From: Balanoglossus misakiensis
Taxonomy: Eukaryota > Animalia > Hemichordata
Reading direction: 5' to 3'
Length of the DNA stretch: 64,000 nt
NCBI GenBank assembly: GCA_040954595.2
Contig: CM082591.2
Span: 1,835,745-1,899,744, forward strand
Shown: piece by piece, positions 1 to 19,192 of the stretch
Layout of the letters: each line of letters begins with the position of its first letter
Numbering within the stretch: position 1 is the stretch's first letter
Translations under genes and position numbers: made by a program
The notes under the pieces: generated by a model
What the model saw: only the letters and a program-made list of their open reading frames with translations
Told to the model about the DNA's origin: nothing
Databases searched by the model: none

Positions 1-79
1 TTTACTTTATTTGACCTTACTGAATAAAAACACCAGCCTGACCTCTGAAGATTTGAACAGTGATTAAATGTGTACTTAC

Positions 80-133
80 CTTATGCACACACCTGTCTTC
101 GATAGGCAGCTTCAAATACTCATCATCACCCAT
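80..133 (-). CDS. CKAP5: CKAP5 / ch-TOG / XMAP215 / mini-spindles, first coding exon (gene continues beyond the left edge)
   Basis: Minus strand 133->80 reads MGDDEYLKLPIEDRCVHK and is followed by a GTAAGT donor (79-74). This matches the recalled N-termini of human CKAP5 (MGDDSEWLKLPVDQKCEHK) and Drosophila Msps (EYKKLPVEERCVHK). An upstream acceptor TTTCAG ends at 167-166. A candidate 5' UTR exon donor CAG|GTAAGG lies at 924/923. Confidence 0.85.
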
Positions 134-1059
134 ACTATTACTTTATGTCCTATTTTGTCATTAATCTGAAATGCACAAATAAAACTGATCAGACAGTATA
201 ACCAGCATGCCTTTGTTTACATCTTGACAGTTATAACCATTGTCTAGAGATAAAGGTGTGAATTGGTCGTATGTCAACAAACCTTTGCAATTTCATTGGG
301 TAATGTTTCGATCAAATTAAAATAAGCAACAAGCAACTCTCTATCCGTGGTTTAATAGTGCTCATTATCTGTTGCATGAGAAAATCTCATATTGAAGTTT
401 ATATGTGGACTTTGTACATTTCACTATTAACTGTCGACATGTGTATTTATACCAACTCGTCATTTCCAGTAAACAGATCACAATTTGTTGACGACTGAGT
501 ACTTGAAGCATGCGAGTCGAAAAATACCTTGAAATTATGACTTGGCGAAAAATATATCATGGTTTGGCTTTGGGCGGGATTGTCTGGTAGATCAGCTGTG
601 TTCTAACATGAATAATGAATATATTCACGGCGGACACAGCCAGATCTGTTTCAGACTGTGGCTCGTTCAGTTTGTTGTTATAAACATCATAAATGAATCC
701 CTGCTGACTGTCAAAGTGGGCGTGACGGTCAAGGCTTTCGTATTTATTCTAATTTTCCCCACAAACGGCCGCGATCGCATCTGAAACCGTTTTATGACAG
801 TCGACATACTGTTACATGTCCGATATCTATGTTTGTTTCTGGTCACGAATAAGCAATCAGTAGTTGACCGCGGACTGACTGCCGCAGGAAATATTTCCAT
901 TGGACGACAACATTTCGCCTTACCTGAAAAGTCCAAGACAAAACCACTCCTTACAGGTGTCGTTGATTACACTTGGCTAAGAATTTCCCTAACAATTCAA
1001 CAAATATTTTCATATAACGTGAAACCTTCCGGTCGATAACGTTCCAACGCACAGGTGAC

Positions 1060-1612
1060 CGGAATGACTGTCGATGGGGTCGGTAGTTTTCAAAATCGAA
1101 GACAGTCATGTGACGGAAATACATGCTTCCTATTGGCGACGACCAGAAAAGTGACGTCATGGGGTGGCACTTTCGGCGGTCGTTTTATCATTCCTCCAGT
1201 AATTATGTAGCGTGAGTCATCCGTCTGGCGACGTTCTAAACGTGCATTCTGTCACTGAACTTTTCAAGAAACAACAATTATCGTCAAGATTTATTTAATT
1301 AAATAAAGGAGGTCAAGTTCTCATGAAAATCACCAACTGCGAGCGCTTGCAAGTTGCACACCATAAAAGTTTAATGTGATTACTCTTAGACTCACATTAG
1401 TTTATTTGATTTTTCAATATCACGAGAAACTTCAGCTTAGACATTAAATTATCCTTCGTACAAAATAAAACATGTTTTCATGTTGCTACAATTGACGTAA
1501 TTTTGTATGTATTTCACTTTAAAAATAAATGTATAAAGTTTATTTGCACAAAAAGGGTATTCGAAAATATGACCTAAAAAGGTAGCACTGCTTTCTGTGG
1601 CAACAGTGCAAG

Positions 1613-1620
<8 letters not shown>
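1060..1620. promoter_or_regulatory. Candidate bidirectional promoter between CKAP5 and CTR9
   Basis: Lies between divergent genes. Contains ATTGG (CCAAT box) near 1132, a perfect CRE TGACGTCA at 1152-1159 and CGGAA ETS-like cores. A YY1-like CAAGATGGCGGC (1609-1620) overlaps the CTR9 ATG. Confidence 0.55.
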
Positions 1621-8532
<6,912 letters not shown>

Positions 8533-8723
8533 ATTTGTTTACATTGAGAACACTAATCATGGAAATTTCAACATGGAAATTACGAGATTCTTTGGTTGTT
8601 ACAGGAAAAGTGATCATTGATGATGTGGCTGTATTGTAAATTCAACAGCCAAAAAAATGAAATGTTCTTTGCAGAAATATGACTTTCTTCAGCATCAGTT
8701 TCTTTTATGGCCTTATTGTAGCC

Positions 8724-9809
8724 TTAAAGGCGGAACGCTCGGTAGGGCCCTACCGAGCAAAAATCAATAAAATGTGGGCGTGGCTAAAGCTCTGACGCCA
8801 CAATATATTGTTACAACAATTGACCTCAAATGGGCATCCCGCGCCCGCCAAAAGCAAACTCATTTCTATACCCACGCGATCCAGCTAGTTCTTACGTACC
8901 CGCGGAACGCGTTGTCAGCTGAATCTATCATGTCGACCCGAATTATCAAGATAGCGGTCACTGAAGAGCAGGAGAAAGCACTGGCAATTTTCTCTGCCGA
9001 GCTTTTGGTCATCGACCGGCGGGGGCACATAAGTTCACCTGCTGCGACCGCGGGGGTTAGTACCGTGCGTGGTATCGGCTACCGGCGAGTTTGATGCGGG
9101 GGACACTGCCGGTTTATCGGAAGCAGCAGCTGTCGAAGTAAACACCGTGTCCATGAGCACATCGGCTTCCGGAGATTCGGTCAACTCCTGTGAATTTTGT
9201 TTTTGTTCGCAATGTGTTACCACACATAGGCAGTCTTGGCTAGTCCGTGGTCTCTACCCGAATTTACCCGGTGTTTCTTACGTTGGGCATAAATGGCACT
9301 GATGAGGCTTTCCCCTCTTCACTTTGTACGGTTGGTACACAAATACAAACGGTCCTTTTCAGGACCAACACAATTTCCAAGAAGAGAACTACCGATTTTA
9401 TGGATGTGTGCATGTTCATGTGTGATAAATTTGGTATGATTATATCCCCATTTTTAGGTCTCGCACAATTTGCAATCAACGCCACAATTTTGATTTGCAT
9501 AATACGTCAATCACGCAGATTCAAACTGAACATCGTACCGATATACCGGTCATATCTCGGGGACAAAATGATTTCATCTTCGGTTTTCGAAAGTATTTTC
9601 AAACTGTATTGCACCAGAAACCGCGGATGTCGTGCCAAATAAACTCATGCACTCCATTTTGAATTTAGAGACAAAAAAAATCATCGGTAGAACTAAATTT
9701 ACTGTCTATTATGGACAGCGTCCGTTCTGTTGTTAGTGAGTTTGAATCTCCCACTATTATGCCAACTCTCGCATGCTCTCGCGCTTTTATACGGGAGTTC
9801 CGCCTTTAA
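8724..9809 (+). mobile_element. Non-autonomous TTAA-flanked DNA transposon (Kolobok-like) downstream of the CTR9 stop, probably within the 3' UTR
   Basis: TTAA (8724-8727) then AGGCGGAAC ... GTTCCGCCT then TTAA (9806-9809). Termini are RR...YY. The interior is CpG-rich, unlike the flanks, and holds a broken ORF (8930-9302). Confidence 0.75.
8930..9302 (+). pseudogene. Frameshifted or internally deleted Cys-rich ORF relic, resembling P2X7-ballast/KolX-like transposon accessory proteins
   Basis: ATG at 8930 gives MSTRIIKIAVTEEQEKALA. A different frame gives CEFCFCSQCVT...LVRGLYPNLPGVSYVGHKWH*. The R-xx-YP-xxxG-x-Y-x-G ending recalls the end of this domain family. This is recalled similarity, not a search result. 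Confidence 0.45.
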
Positions 9810-10299
9810 ATGGGAGCACAGTGTCCTTCAATGCTATTTTTTTCATATACTGTACTGCAGCCTTGACTGCACAATATCATGAGGATCTAGTGGCAACATT
9901 GTTTTGCGAAGTGTTTAAAATAAAGGAACGTGAAAATTCCCCCAACGTTTGTTTATGTACTTGTTTTTCTCCTGCAGTTGCCAACCTTTATACCTTGTAA
10001 AGTTACTGTCCTGTCCTGTGACACTGCTGTCGTTTCTGAAATCACGCGTGTCTTGCAAATCTCGTAGAGGTCGGGCAAGTGTGAAGCGCCCCCAGCGGCC
10101 TCATTCCAAGTTTTCTTTCCATCATATTTTATAGGTCATTACTCTCAAAGAATTTTCTGTTGTACTTTCATTATGGAGGTATCGCCTCCGTGACTTCCAA
10201 ACTATGTGTTTAGGTGTATATATTTTGTAACTGTATTCCAATTTTATTATACCGCCTAGCGTACAGCGCCTCCGGCAAAATGTGACCTGACACGCCCCC

Positions 10300-10872
10300 T
10301 CCCGCTATAATCAATAATGATAGCGCCCTTCATCCACGCTACAAATCCTCGTCACCTTTTGTTGAGAAACTGGATCAGTCGGGGACATGTAGTCACGTGT
10401 AGTTGGAGGTGCGATTGACGTATATCCACGAATACAGCGACGTATTTCCTTAAATAGTACTTGGAGTAGCTGAGGACGTGTATGAAATGGAACATTGAAA
10501 TCGAGCATTTGCAAATATTTCCAAATCTAGGGAGTCGGTCAGCATTATTATATAATCACGAGTGTAGAGCTTGTGTTTGGTATTAATTACTATAACTTGG
10601 TTAGATTTTAAGGTCGATTCCGTCGAAACCTGACCGCGTATCCAAATTCCTGTCTATAGCCATGACAAGTTGAGTATATCTGCTCTGGCTTCATCCTGAC
10701 ATCGTTTTTTTTCGGTGGGAGCCAGAAGAATTGAGAAAGCGATTGCCGATTTGATTGACCGCGTTGATATTCACGCGATCCTGCAGGAGTTTGTTTGGGG
10801 CCAGAGACGAGTCGTTCGACGCCAGATTAGATAGAAAAGGACCATCAAATCATCGCTCCTCTTTCGACAGGC
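10300..10872 (+). promoter_or_regulatory. Candidate BMAL1 promoter and non-coding first exon ending at a GC donor
   Basis: CpG-rich patch upstream of the ATG exon, whose acceptor is at 11843-11844. E-box CACGTG at 10394-10399. CAG|GCAAGT at 10870/10871 is an otherwise consensus donor. Confidence 0.45.
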
Positions 10873-11874
10873 AAGTTAACTAATCTTTGATTATATTCGA
10901 TCTCATTTTCAGTGTGTGGTCGGTGAATATATCACAATATTGGAAAGCTACATGCGCTCAACAATAACAAAGATGGCGGCTGTGTATTAAAACGCGTGTC
11001 GAGTCGTATCAGTGACCCGATTTTTATAACCTACCGTTTAAAACATGAAAATGTTGGTAATATTCTCATCAAACTACACTGTAGTATGTTACTGTTCTAA
11101 CTCTTTAGTTGGATTTTGGTATCGGGGTGTAGTTTGGCGATTTTGGGAAGATTTTGTCCATACATCGGAGACCCAGATACTGTGACCCTATGCATGGACG
11201 ATAATTACACAATGACGTCGGTTTCACTCGCCCGAGGATCAGCTAGCGTTGTCCCCATTTCCAAAATCCTATTTTCCGTATTAGGATACCCGTATGACGT
11301 CATCAAGCCGACTTTGCATTAAAGTTAGCCAGTTGGACATTTCGAAGCCGAGCTTAGATGCCCTGATCTGCAACAGAAAAAGCTCCTAACAATTAAAACC
11401 CCTGGATTTTGATCACTATAGTTTATATAGGCTTTGTGTTTTCGCCCTTGGAGGGCTGATACACTCAATTGTTGAACGTATCCAAAGAAAGTAACCTTTG
11501 TTAAAAATAACAGAGCTCAGCAGTAAAACCCAGCATACCTCTACAAAAATTCTTCGCCCTTTTACAGAAGTGTGTTCATTTCCTGAACAGAACTGTCAAA
11601 CACACGTCCAGGGCACAACTTACTTATTGATTTTACTGCCTGACCTTCATGATCAGACGTCTTGTGTCCATGTTGTATTACAGTACATTCCTATAAGACA
11701 GTTATCAAGATCAAAATACCCCAAAAATCAATTCTTACAGTGAATACCTTGCTAGTGACTAGTGGGCCGGGCACTTGAGAAGAATGTTGGTCTGTCTACT
11801 GTCTCGCTCATAAAGTCTGCTTTGTTCTTATATATACCCTACAGGTCAGATTCAAGCGATTTGACATCTTCGAG

Positions 11875-14800
11875 ATGGATATTTCTTCGAGGAAGCGAAA
11901 GATTCCATCCCCTTTGTTTGGATTTGGAAAGTAAGTAGATTTTTCATGAATTGCAAGTATAGTCACAGAAGTCTCAATAAACTGATAAGTTGATGAGATC
12001 ATGAATATTTGATGTTGCAAATTATTTTTGGAGGATCCCACAGAGAAATTGAGTGCATATGACACTTTTTTGAAGGTCACCCTGACCTCTGGACAGTGGT
12101 GTGACCATAATGTACAAGTGATATAACCTTTGCCCTCTTGACTGTAATGATGACTGTTGTTTGTTAGTTTTGTCTGCTTGTTGTTTTGTCTGTGTTGGTT
12201 GATGTCTCATTCCTGAGTGGCAGTCAGTTCTCATATTGGTTTTGTGTGTGAACTTATTTTCTATATGGATCATGTGTGCGGTTATTCTGGATTCATAAAA
12301 CACAAGTTGATTACTATAGTGCTACAATATTGTGGTTATGCCATGACATATGGATGGCAGTTGCTAAAAATAGAATTTCCAGATTCAATATTGGCCTGTT
12401 ATGTAAGAAGAATTATTTTCCTCTATATAGTTGCATGTAGATTGTTACTGTGATGAGGTTATGACAATGTATCACAGTCGCATGTGGTCTCCAATTCTAA
12501 GTCAGGTCTGCGATGTGTGCGTATCGTGCCCATGAAAGCAAAATCCTGCAATCGACTGTACATAGCGGTGTTTAGCGCTTGATTTCATAGGAAAATAGTG
12601 TCACAATCAATCGTTTCCTTTCATCGTGAACTCTCAAACTTCAGTCCAAATAAAAGCTGCTATGAATGAAAGATAATATTTTTTTTTAAAAGGTAAAGGA
12701 AATGTGAAATCACGATAGATTTACAGAGTGGGGGGGGGGGTGTAGTGTTACATTTGACGTCAATTGTTTTTTATGTTTGATGAAGCAACTGATCACATGT
12801 AATGTTGATGTTTTAATGCCTTCGAGACATGCATTAAGAAATTAAAAAAAATAAAAATTCAAGCCACTTGTATATATATGTACCTGCATGTATTTTATTA
12901 TGTGTTTCTTTTGTTTTGCGTTTTGTTTCCATAGTGACAGTGATGATGAGGGCAGTATCAGCAGCAGATGTGCTGGTAGCTATGACGATGACAGCTCAAC
13001 ATCCAAGAAGTACTCCAGGTAAAATTGAACCTTGATGACAGAAACATTTCAGGAAGTCTTTTTCACCAGGAGGAATCAGAACTGTCTAGTTTCTGGTTGC
13101 TCAACTCCAAAAGTGAACTTTGTTGAAAAATCATTTAAAATCTCTCTAAGTGGGTAGCCATCTTTTTTTAGACATTTTTGAAATACCTTGGTCATTGATA
13201 GGGAGTCTAATGGCAAGATTTCTGTGTAAATGTTGCTGTAACTTCATTTTCTTTTTCTTCTTTATCGTAGACAAAACCACAGCGAAATTGAAAAAAGGCG
13301 GAGAGATAAAATGAATTCTTATATCACGGAACTTTCGGCCATGGTACCTATGTGTAATGCTATGTCTCGGAAACTCGACAAACTCACTGTACTGAGGATG
13401 GCAGTACAGCATATGAAGAGTGTGCGAGGTAAGTCTGTCTGTTTACACAGTGTGAGTTGCAAGAAAAATAGTATTCCATTATTAGTTTTGCCCAAGATAT
13501 TTGATTAAAGAAAACTCTCTAGACCTCTGCAATGTCATTGTGTTGTTTGTGTCACTGTGTAGGTTTCACCTTGACATGACTCCCTAACTCCCCCAAGAAA
13601 ATTCACCACATGAACATGGACTACCGTTAAAGTCATATTTGTAGACGCAGGTTTTTTAACAAAGTTGCAATATTTCGACTGCTACAATGATCCTGAAATC
13701 GGGGTGCGTCTAATAATATGGAAGTATGCCAAGTTTCAAAACAAACTTTTTCTGTTCTCAGGAGAAGACATCGCCAAAAATCAGGTCATAAAGAAAGTAC
13801 TTCCCATGCAATCATACACTTCTACTCCTGCTGCATGACTTGTGTTCTTTGCTCAAAAGTCTGAAGCCTATTCCTCATACAGTTCAAAAATCGTTTTATT
13901 CATACAAAGTTTGAGTTTTTGATATTTTCAAGTGTCATGTCTTGTCCGTATATTCACCCCATAATGTAATCTGAGACTTAGCTTCTACTTCCACATAAAC
14001 AATGTTGCAAATTACGTTACATGCCCATTGATAAAATCAGAGCACTGTCTGGGTCAACACCATCTGGGTCAACTACGTCTGAAGCCATGTGTCAATGGGT
14101 GACAAGGCATCAAATGTCAAAGTGACAGCCATTGAAAACTTCAACCAATCAGAGTAAATGATTTTAGAGGATAATTAATGAGAGGTCAACTACATGTCAA
14201 AGTGTATTCATATGTTAATTTCATGCATGTTTCATGGATGTTTCGTTGACCAGCTGAGCAATTATAGGCAACTGAGACAATGGAAAAGACGTAGACCCAG
14301 CAATTATGGGCAGTTGAGACAATGGAAAAGACATAGTTGAAACAATGGCAAAGAAAATCACCGTTAGTCAGTCTTATGTTAGTCAGTCTTCCGCATTGAA
14401 TGAAAGGGGGCTTGTCCTCCACCATGCTGAAAGCAGGGTGCGTCTAATAATATGTACTTTTCCGTTTTTCCAAATCTTTGAATTTGTGACATTGCAATCA
14501 GCTCAGAAAAGGGGTGCGTCTATAAATACGGATGCGTCTACAAATATGACTTTAACGGTACTTTAGTGCACTCTTGTGGAAAATTATTCACACACACACT
14601 TAATTCCAACGTATCTCAGCCCTTTCTCCCTATTTCCCAGTGTAGAGGTCCACATTTACCAAAGAAAACAAAGGGTTTAGATCGAACCATGCCACCATGG
14701 TGGTACAAGGGTTATTTTAGTCTGTGTTCTGTGTGTGGTATGTGGCTTCCCCTCTAAAACCGGCTTATTATTTTTTTTCTCGTGACAGGATCAAACACTT

Positions 14801-17800
14801 CCTGCAAAGGAGCAAACTACAAACCATCTTTCCTTTCAGACGATGAGCTGAAACAATTAATTCTTGAGGTAGGCAACGGAATAAATCGTACGCCATTGTC
14901 GCGTAATTCTAGAATTTAAAACAACTCCTAAAAGTCATTTCAAGTCCTGAAAAAATAATAAACACTGTGGGAATATGGAAAGTTGACTGTGGCATTCCAC
15001 AAGGCCGTAAAATTTCAATTGTCATGACAGACAATTATAACACAAACACTCTTTTACCATTTATCAGAAATTAATTTTCTCTGTTTTATTTTCAGGCAGC
15101 TGAGGGGTTTCTCTTTGTTGTCACGTGCGACCGCGGTAAAGTTTTGTACGTCTCAGATTCTGTGAATAAAATTCTCAATCTCAGTAGGGTGAGTATTTTC
15201 ACGGTTTAAGATCCCATTGGCTCTCACTTGCTGGCTGGTTTGTTTTGGCTTCAGTTTAGCTTAAAGGCCCAGTAACGAAAACTTAAAGGCACAGTAGCTG
15301 TAACTTTTTGATAGTATTTGATATATTTTCATTTTTTTTTGACAGGAAGAGATAGTGGGACATAGTCTATTTGATCTTTTGCACCCGAAAGATGCTGGCA
15401 AAGTCAAGGAGCAGTTATCGTCGACAGATTTAGCACCAAGGGAGAGACTTATAGATGCAAAAAGTAAGTATTGTCGCATTTTCTGGCAATATTGCACACC
15501 AAAGCCTCAATGTAATATTGCTCATGTCTGGTTTACAGTTTGTTTCACACTCTGTTTGTTCGTTTAAACTTTCAGCGGGTCTACCAGTCAAGTCTGAAAT
15601 GTTGGCAAGCCCCTCGCAACTATCATCCGGAGCGCGTCGGTCGTTTTTCTGCCGTATGAAGACAGCTGCCAAGCACTCGTCGATGAAGAACGAAAATGGT
15701 GAAGCGGGCTGCTCAAAGAAGAAGCACCGTTCATTAGCTGGTAATGCATGATGACTTGCAAAACATGGGGATTTTCTTTTAAGAAACCTTTGAATGTTAT
15801 AGTTTTGCTGTCAAAACATGGAGCAACATTTTTATACATTTTCATAATTTTTTCCTATTTTTCCCCTCAATTTTAGACCAGATGTCCATAATTTTCCATT
15901 GTCTGCTGATCTTGCTCAAAATTGTAGAGAAAAAAAATGGTAAAAGAGGCTAATTTTAGAAAAAAAGTGATGACATTGAGAATGTGAAGTCTTGTTTAAC
16001 ATCTGCAGAGAAACCCAACAACAGCAACATCCAAAGCCACATGAAATAGAGAACTCTCTGAAGTGACCATCCTTTGATGTCAATAACTCTTACGTATGCC
16101 CCAAACACCGTGGCCCAAATTACTATGTTCATATTTTTTCTTGTTTGTTCTTCCAGATCGTAAAAATTACATAACAATCCACTGTACTGGTTATTTAAAG
16201 AGTTGGCCGTCAGCTAAGGTTGGCCTCGGCAACGATTCAGACGATAACTACGCTGATGAATGCAATCTGAGTTGTTTGGTGGCGATTGCAAGGGTTCAGG
16301 TATGCTGATATACCTCCTTATAAATGGAATAACCCAAACAGCCTCGAAATTAGTGGTCTTTTTTCTTACAAGTAGTTTATGTGTACTAATCCTAATCACC
16401 CCTGGGGCTGGATTTCAGTACCTACATTTTCGATTTGCTATTTTTAGCTTCATTTGCATACATGAATATGCAAATAAAAGCAGTACGTATAGGCTCGAAA
16501 TATCCATGTATTTATTTAAAGTGTAAATCTTGTCAGATACTTGTTTGTATAAATGTTAAAATCCATGATTTCAGAATGAGTGAAATTTATTCTGGATATA
16601 AACTGATCAGTATTAAGACAAGAAATTACCACAAAACATGACACTTATGACATTCAATCCTCAGCTCATATCGTTTCTCATGTTTTTGGCAAATGTCTTT
16701 TTGCGTTCACAGCCTTCACAAGTTCCTTGTGCCACCGCTTCGAACGTCGATGTCAAACCCACCGAGTTTGTGTCGCGGCACGCGATGGACGGCCGATTTA
16801 CTTTTGTCGATCAGAGGTCAGTCGGTATTTCTTTGATGAACAATTTTTCACCATTTTGGGGTTTTGCTTATCAGGTTTTTCTTTGATCGTTTTCTGGAAA
16901 TTTGAAAACGTTGTGTTTGTCATTTCAGAGCGACAGCCATCCTGGGATATCTGCCTCAGGAATTACTAGGCACATCTTGTTATGAATATTATCATGTAGA
17001 TGATATACCTCAACTAGCAGATAGTCATAAAGCAGGTTAGTATTCTATATGGCCTTTCACAGAACAGGTCGATATTACATCTTATTTTCTCATCACCGTA
17101 CCAGTGGTCAATATTGTTCTTTATGGCACAAGTTGAAGTAATTCATTTCTCTGCAGCTGGTTATATAGCAGTTGTGAAAAAATCGAAGTCTTAATTGGGA
17201 TTATGTCATTCTCTTTCAGTTTTAGCCGGGAAGGAAAAGATACTGACTAGTGTTTATAGGTTTAGAGCGAAAAATGGAGATTTTGTCAAGCTGAGGACAA
17301 AGTCCTTCTGTTTTCGAAATCCTTGGACCAAAGAGGTTGAATATATTGTTTGCACAAATACCCTGGTGACGTAAGTATATTTTGAAGTTGATTAGCAATG
17401 GCTTACTGTTTAGAAAAGAAATCTCTGTTGATAGAATAAAGGAATCCAAGACAATATTATGAACGATGTTGTAACAAGCACCAGCCTAGGGAGTACACTC
17501 CAAGATGTACCCAATCAGATACAATTTGCTTTCCCTGTCTTGCATAACTCAGCCCACCAGAGCAGGCTGATTCTTCGGGTCTGGATGCCAATGCCCATGC
17601 CATAGAACAAGAGTCCAGGCAGTCGCAGGTGGAAATGCTTCTCAGCCAGTCATCATCAGATGGTAAGTACCACCTGCCGAAAACAGAAATGTCACCAATC
17701 AGTGGTTTAGTTGTCCATTATTTTATTTTTTGCTCAGCGGTACAGTAGGAACACATTAGACTCGTTCCTGTAGGAAATTTATTGTTTCTTGTAGTGTTGA

Positions 17801-19192
17801 TGAGATACATTGGTGTCGGTTATTAGATAAAGTGCAGAGGCCATTCATAGCCTCACCGTCTTGACTCGAAGTAGTCTTTTGTTGAGATCCGGAATTGTTT
17901 TTCCTTCCAGGGCACAAGAATCGCACATCAGTCCCGGGCATTCCGAGTAGCGCTCGCATTGGAGCGGGCAAGATTGGACGACTTATAGCGGAAGAGGCAC
18001 TAGACGGCCACAGGTATGGAACACCAGTCACCAGGACATTTTTTGCAGTCCTGAGTATTGACACAAGAGGGTGCTGTTTGAAATAAAAATTTCAAGTTTT
18101 GCCAAAAGAGGGCGCTGTTTAAGAGAACTGTGGTGGCACTTAAAAGTTTTCTTTCAAACAGGCTTCAAAGTCCATTTATACTTTTTAAAGCAAATATTTC
18201 AATGGCTACAAACCTTTTCAAGTGAGTATTCAGCCTTTTTCAGATCACTAAGCAAGATTAACCAAACCTATGAAAACATATCTGACCACTGCTCTGACTT
18301 GGCTCTTACAGGAATGGATCCTCCCCCACCAATATTCTAAGCACAACACAGGAAGTGAGTATAACACCGCCACTTTCCCAGGCCACGTCCGAGACGAGTA
18401 ACTTAAGTTCAGGATTACCAGGTAGTCTAAACCTACCAGAGATTGAAAGTAGTAGTACAGACTTTGAAGGTAAGTTGTTTAACCCTTTCACAACTATGGT
18501 CCAGTCCAAACCCATTATTTTCTATGGTAAGGTTGGACCACTTAAGAGGGAACCAGGGGAGAAAGGGTTAACATTGTGGTGATATCACCACTGATACTGT
18601 TGTGTGATATACATTTATGTGGCTAAATTTGTGAAGGTGACCGTGTGTGTTTATGTGCTTTGTCCTTGTATTTGCAGGAACTGAGTCCTCCACAGTGGAC
18701 AGCTTAACAGGTGGTCTTCTTGGTCATTCAGCCAATGGGAATAGCTCGTTGAGCCAGTCATTTGACTTCCCATCGGCGAACATCCGACCGAACAAGACAC
18801 CGCTGACCACAGCCGTCATGGAGTCCACGATTTCAGGAGCGGCATCGAATCAGTCCAGTGCGGCCACTTCCACGTCGACGTCTCAAGTCGCGCCCAACGA
18901 CCAATCGCAGGGGAGCACCAGCGGGGGCGGGCTGAGCCAACTGGCACAGATGCTGTCAACAAACACAGGCAACAGCAGTATGGCCAACCTTCTTGACCGA
19001 CTTCTGGAGAAAGCCGCGTCCAACACGGTCAGCAACACACCGCAGCAGCCATCCACATCGACTGCGAGCACGGCCGCCAGCGGGGGCGCGGATAACGACG
19101 AAGCAGCCATGGCGGTTATTATGAGTTTATTGGAAGCTGATGCTGGGTTGGGTGGGCCTGTAGATTTCACAGACCTTCCATGGCCTCTATAG
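11875..19192 (+). CDS. BMAL1: BMAL1/ARNTL/cycle bHLH-PAS circadian transcription factor, 15 coding exons, ~714 aa
   Basis: Exons: 11875-11930, 12935-13018, 13271-13428, 14789-14868, 15096-15188, 15346-15463, 15576-15740, 16157-16299, 16713-16816, 16929-17035, 17220-17370, 17553-17662, 17911-18013, 18312-18469, 18678-19192. Total 2145 nt, phases consistent. N-terminus MDISSRKRK; b[51 protein letters not shown]; [19 protein letters not shown] and [11 protein letters not shown]; [21 protein letters not shown] and [13 protein letters not shown]; [12 protein letters not shown]; C-terminal [31 protein letters not shown]. Confidence 0.96.
13622..14560. mobile_element. ~940-bp non-autonomous Tc1/mariner-superfamily (Tc2/pogo-like) element in a BMAL1 intron
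   Basis: TACCGTTAAAGTCATATTTGTAGACGCA (13622-13649) is the reverse complement of 14533-14560, giving TA+CCGT termini. Internal GGGTGCGTCT repeats occur near 13702, 14436 and 14512, and a ~42-bp tandem duplication near 14258-14350. Confidence 0.85.
18479..18571. mobile_element. 85-bp piggyBac-like miniature element in the last BMAL1 intron
   Basis: TTAA-CCCTTTC (18479-18489) ... GAAAGGG-TTAA (18561-18571). A TTAA duplication with CCC/GGG termini is the piggyBac signature. Confidence 0.75.
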
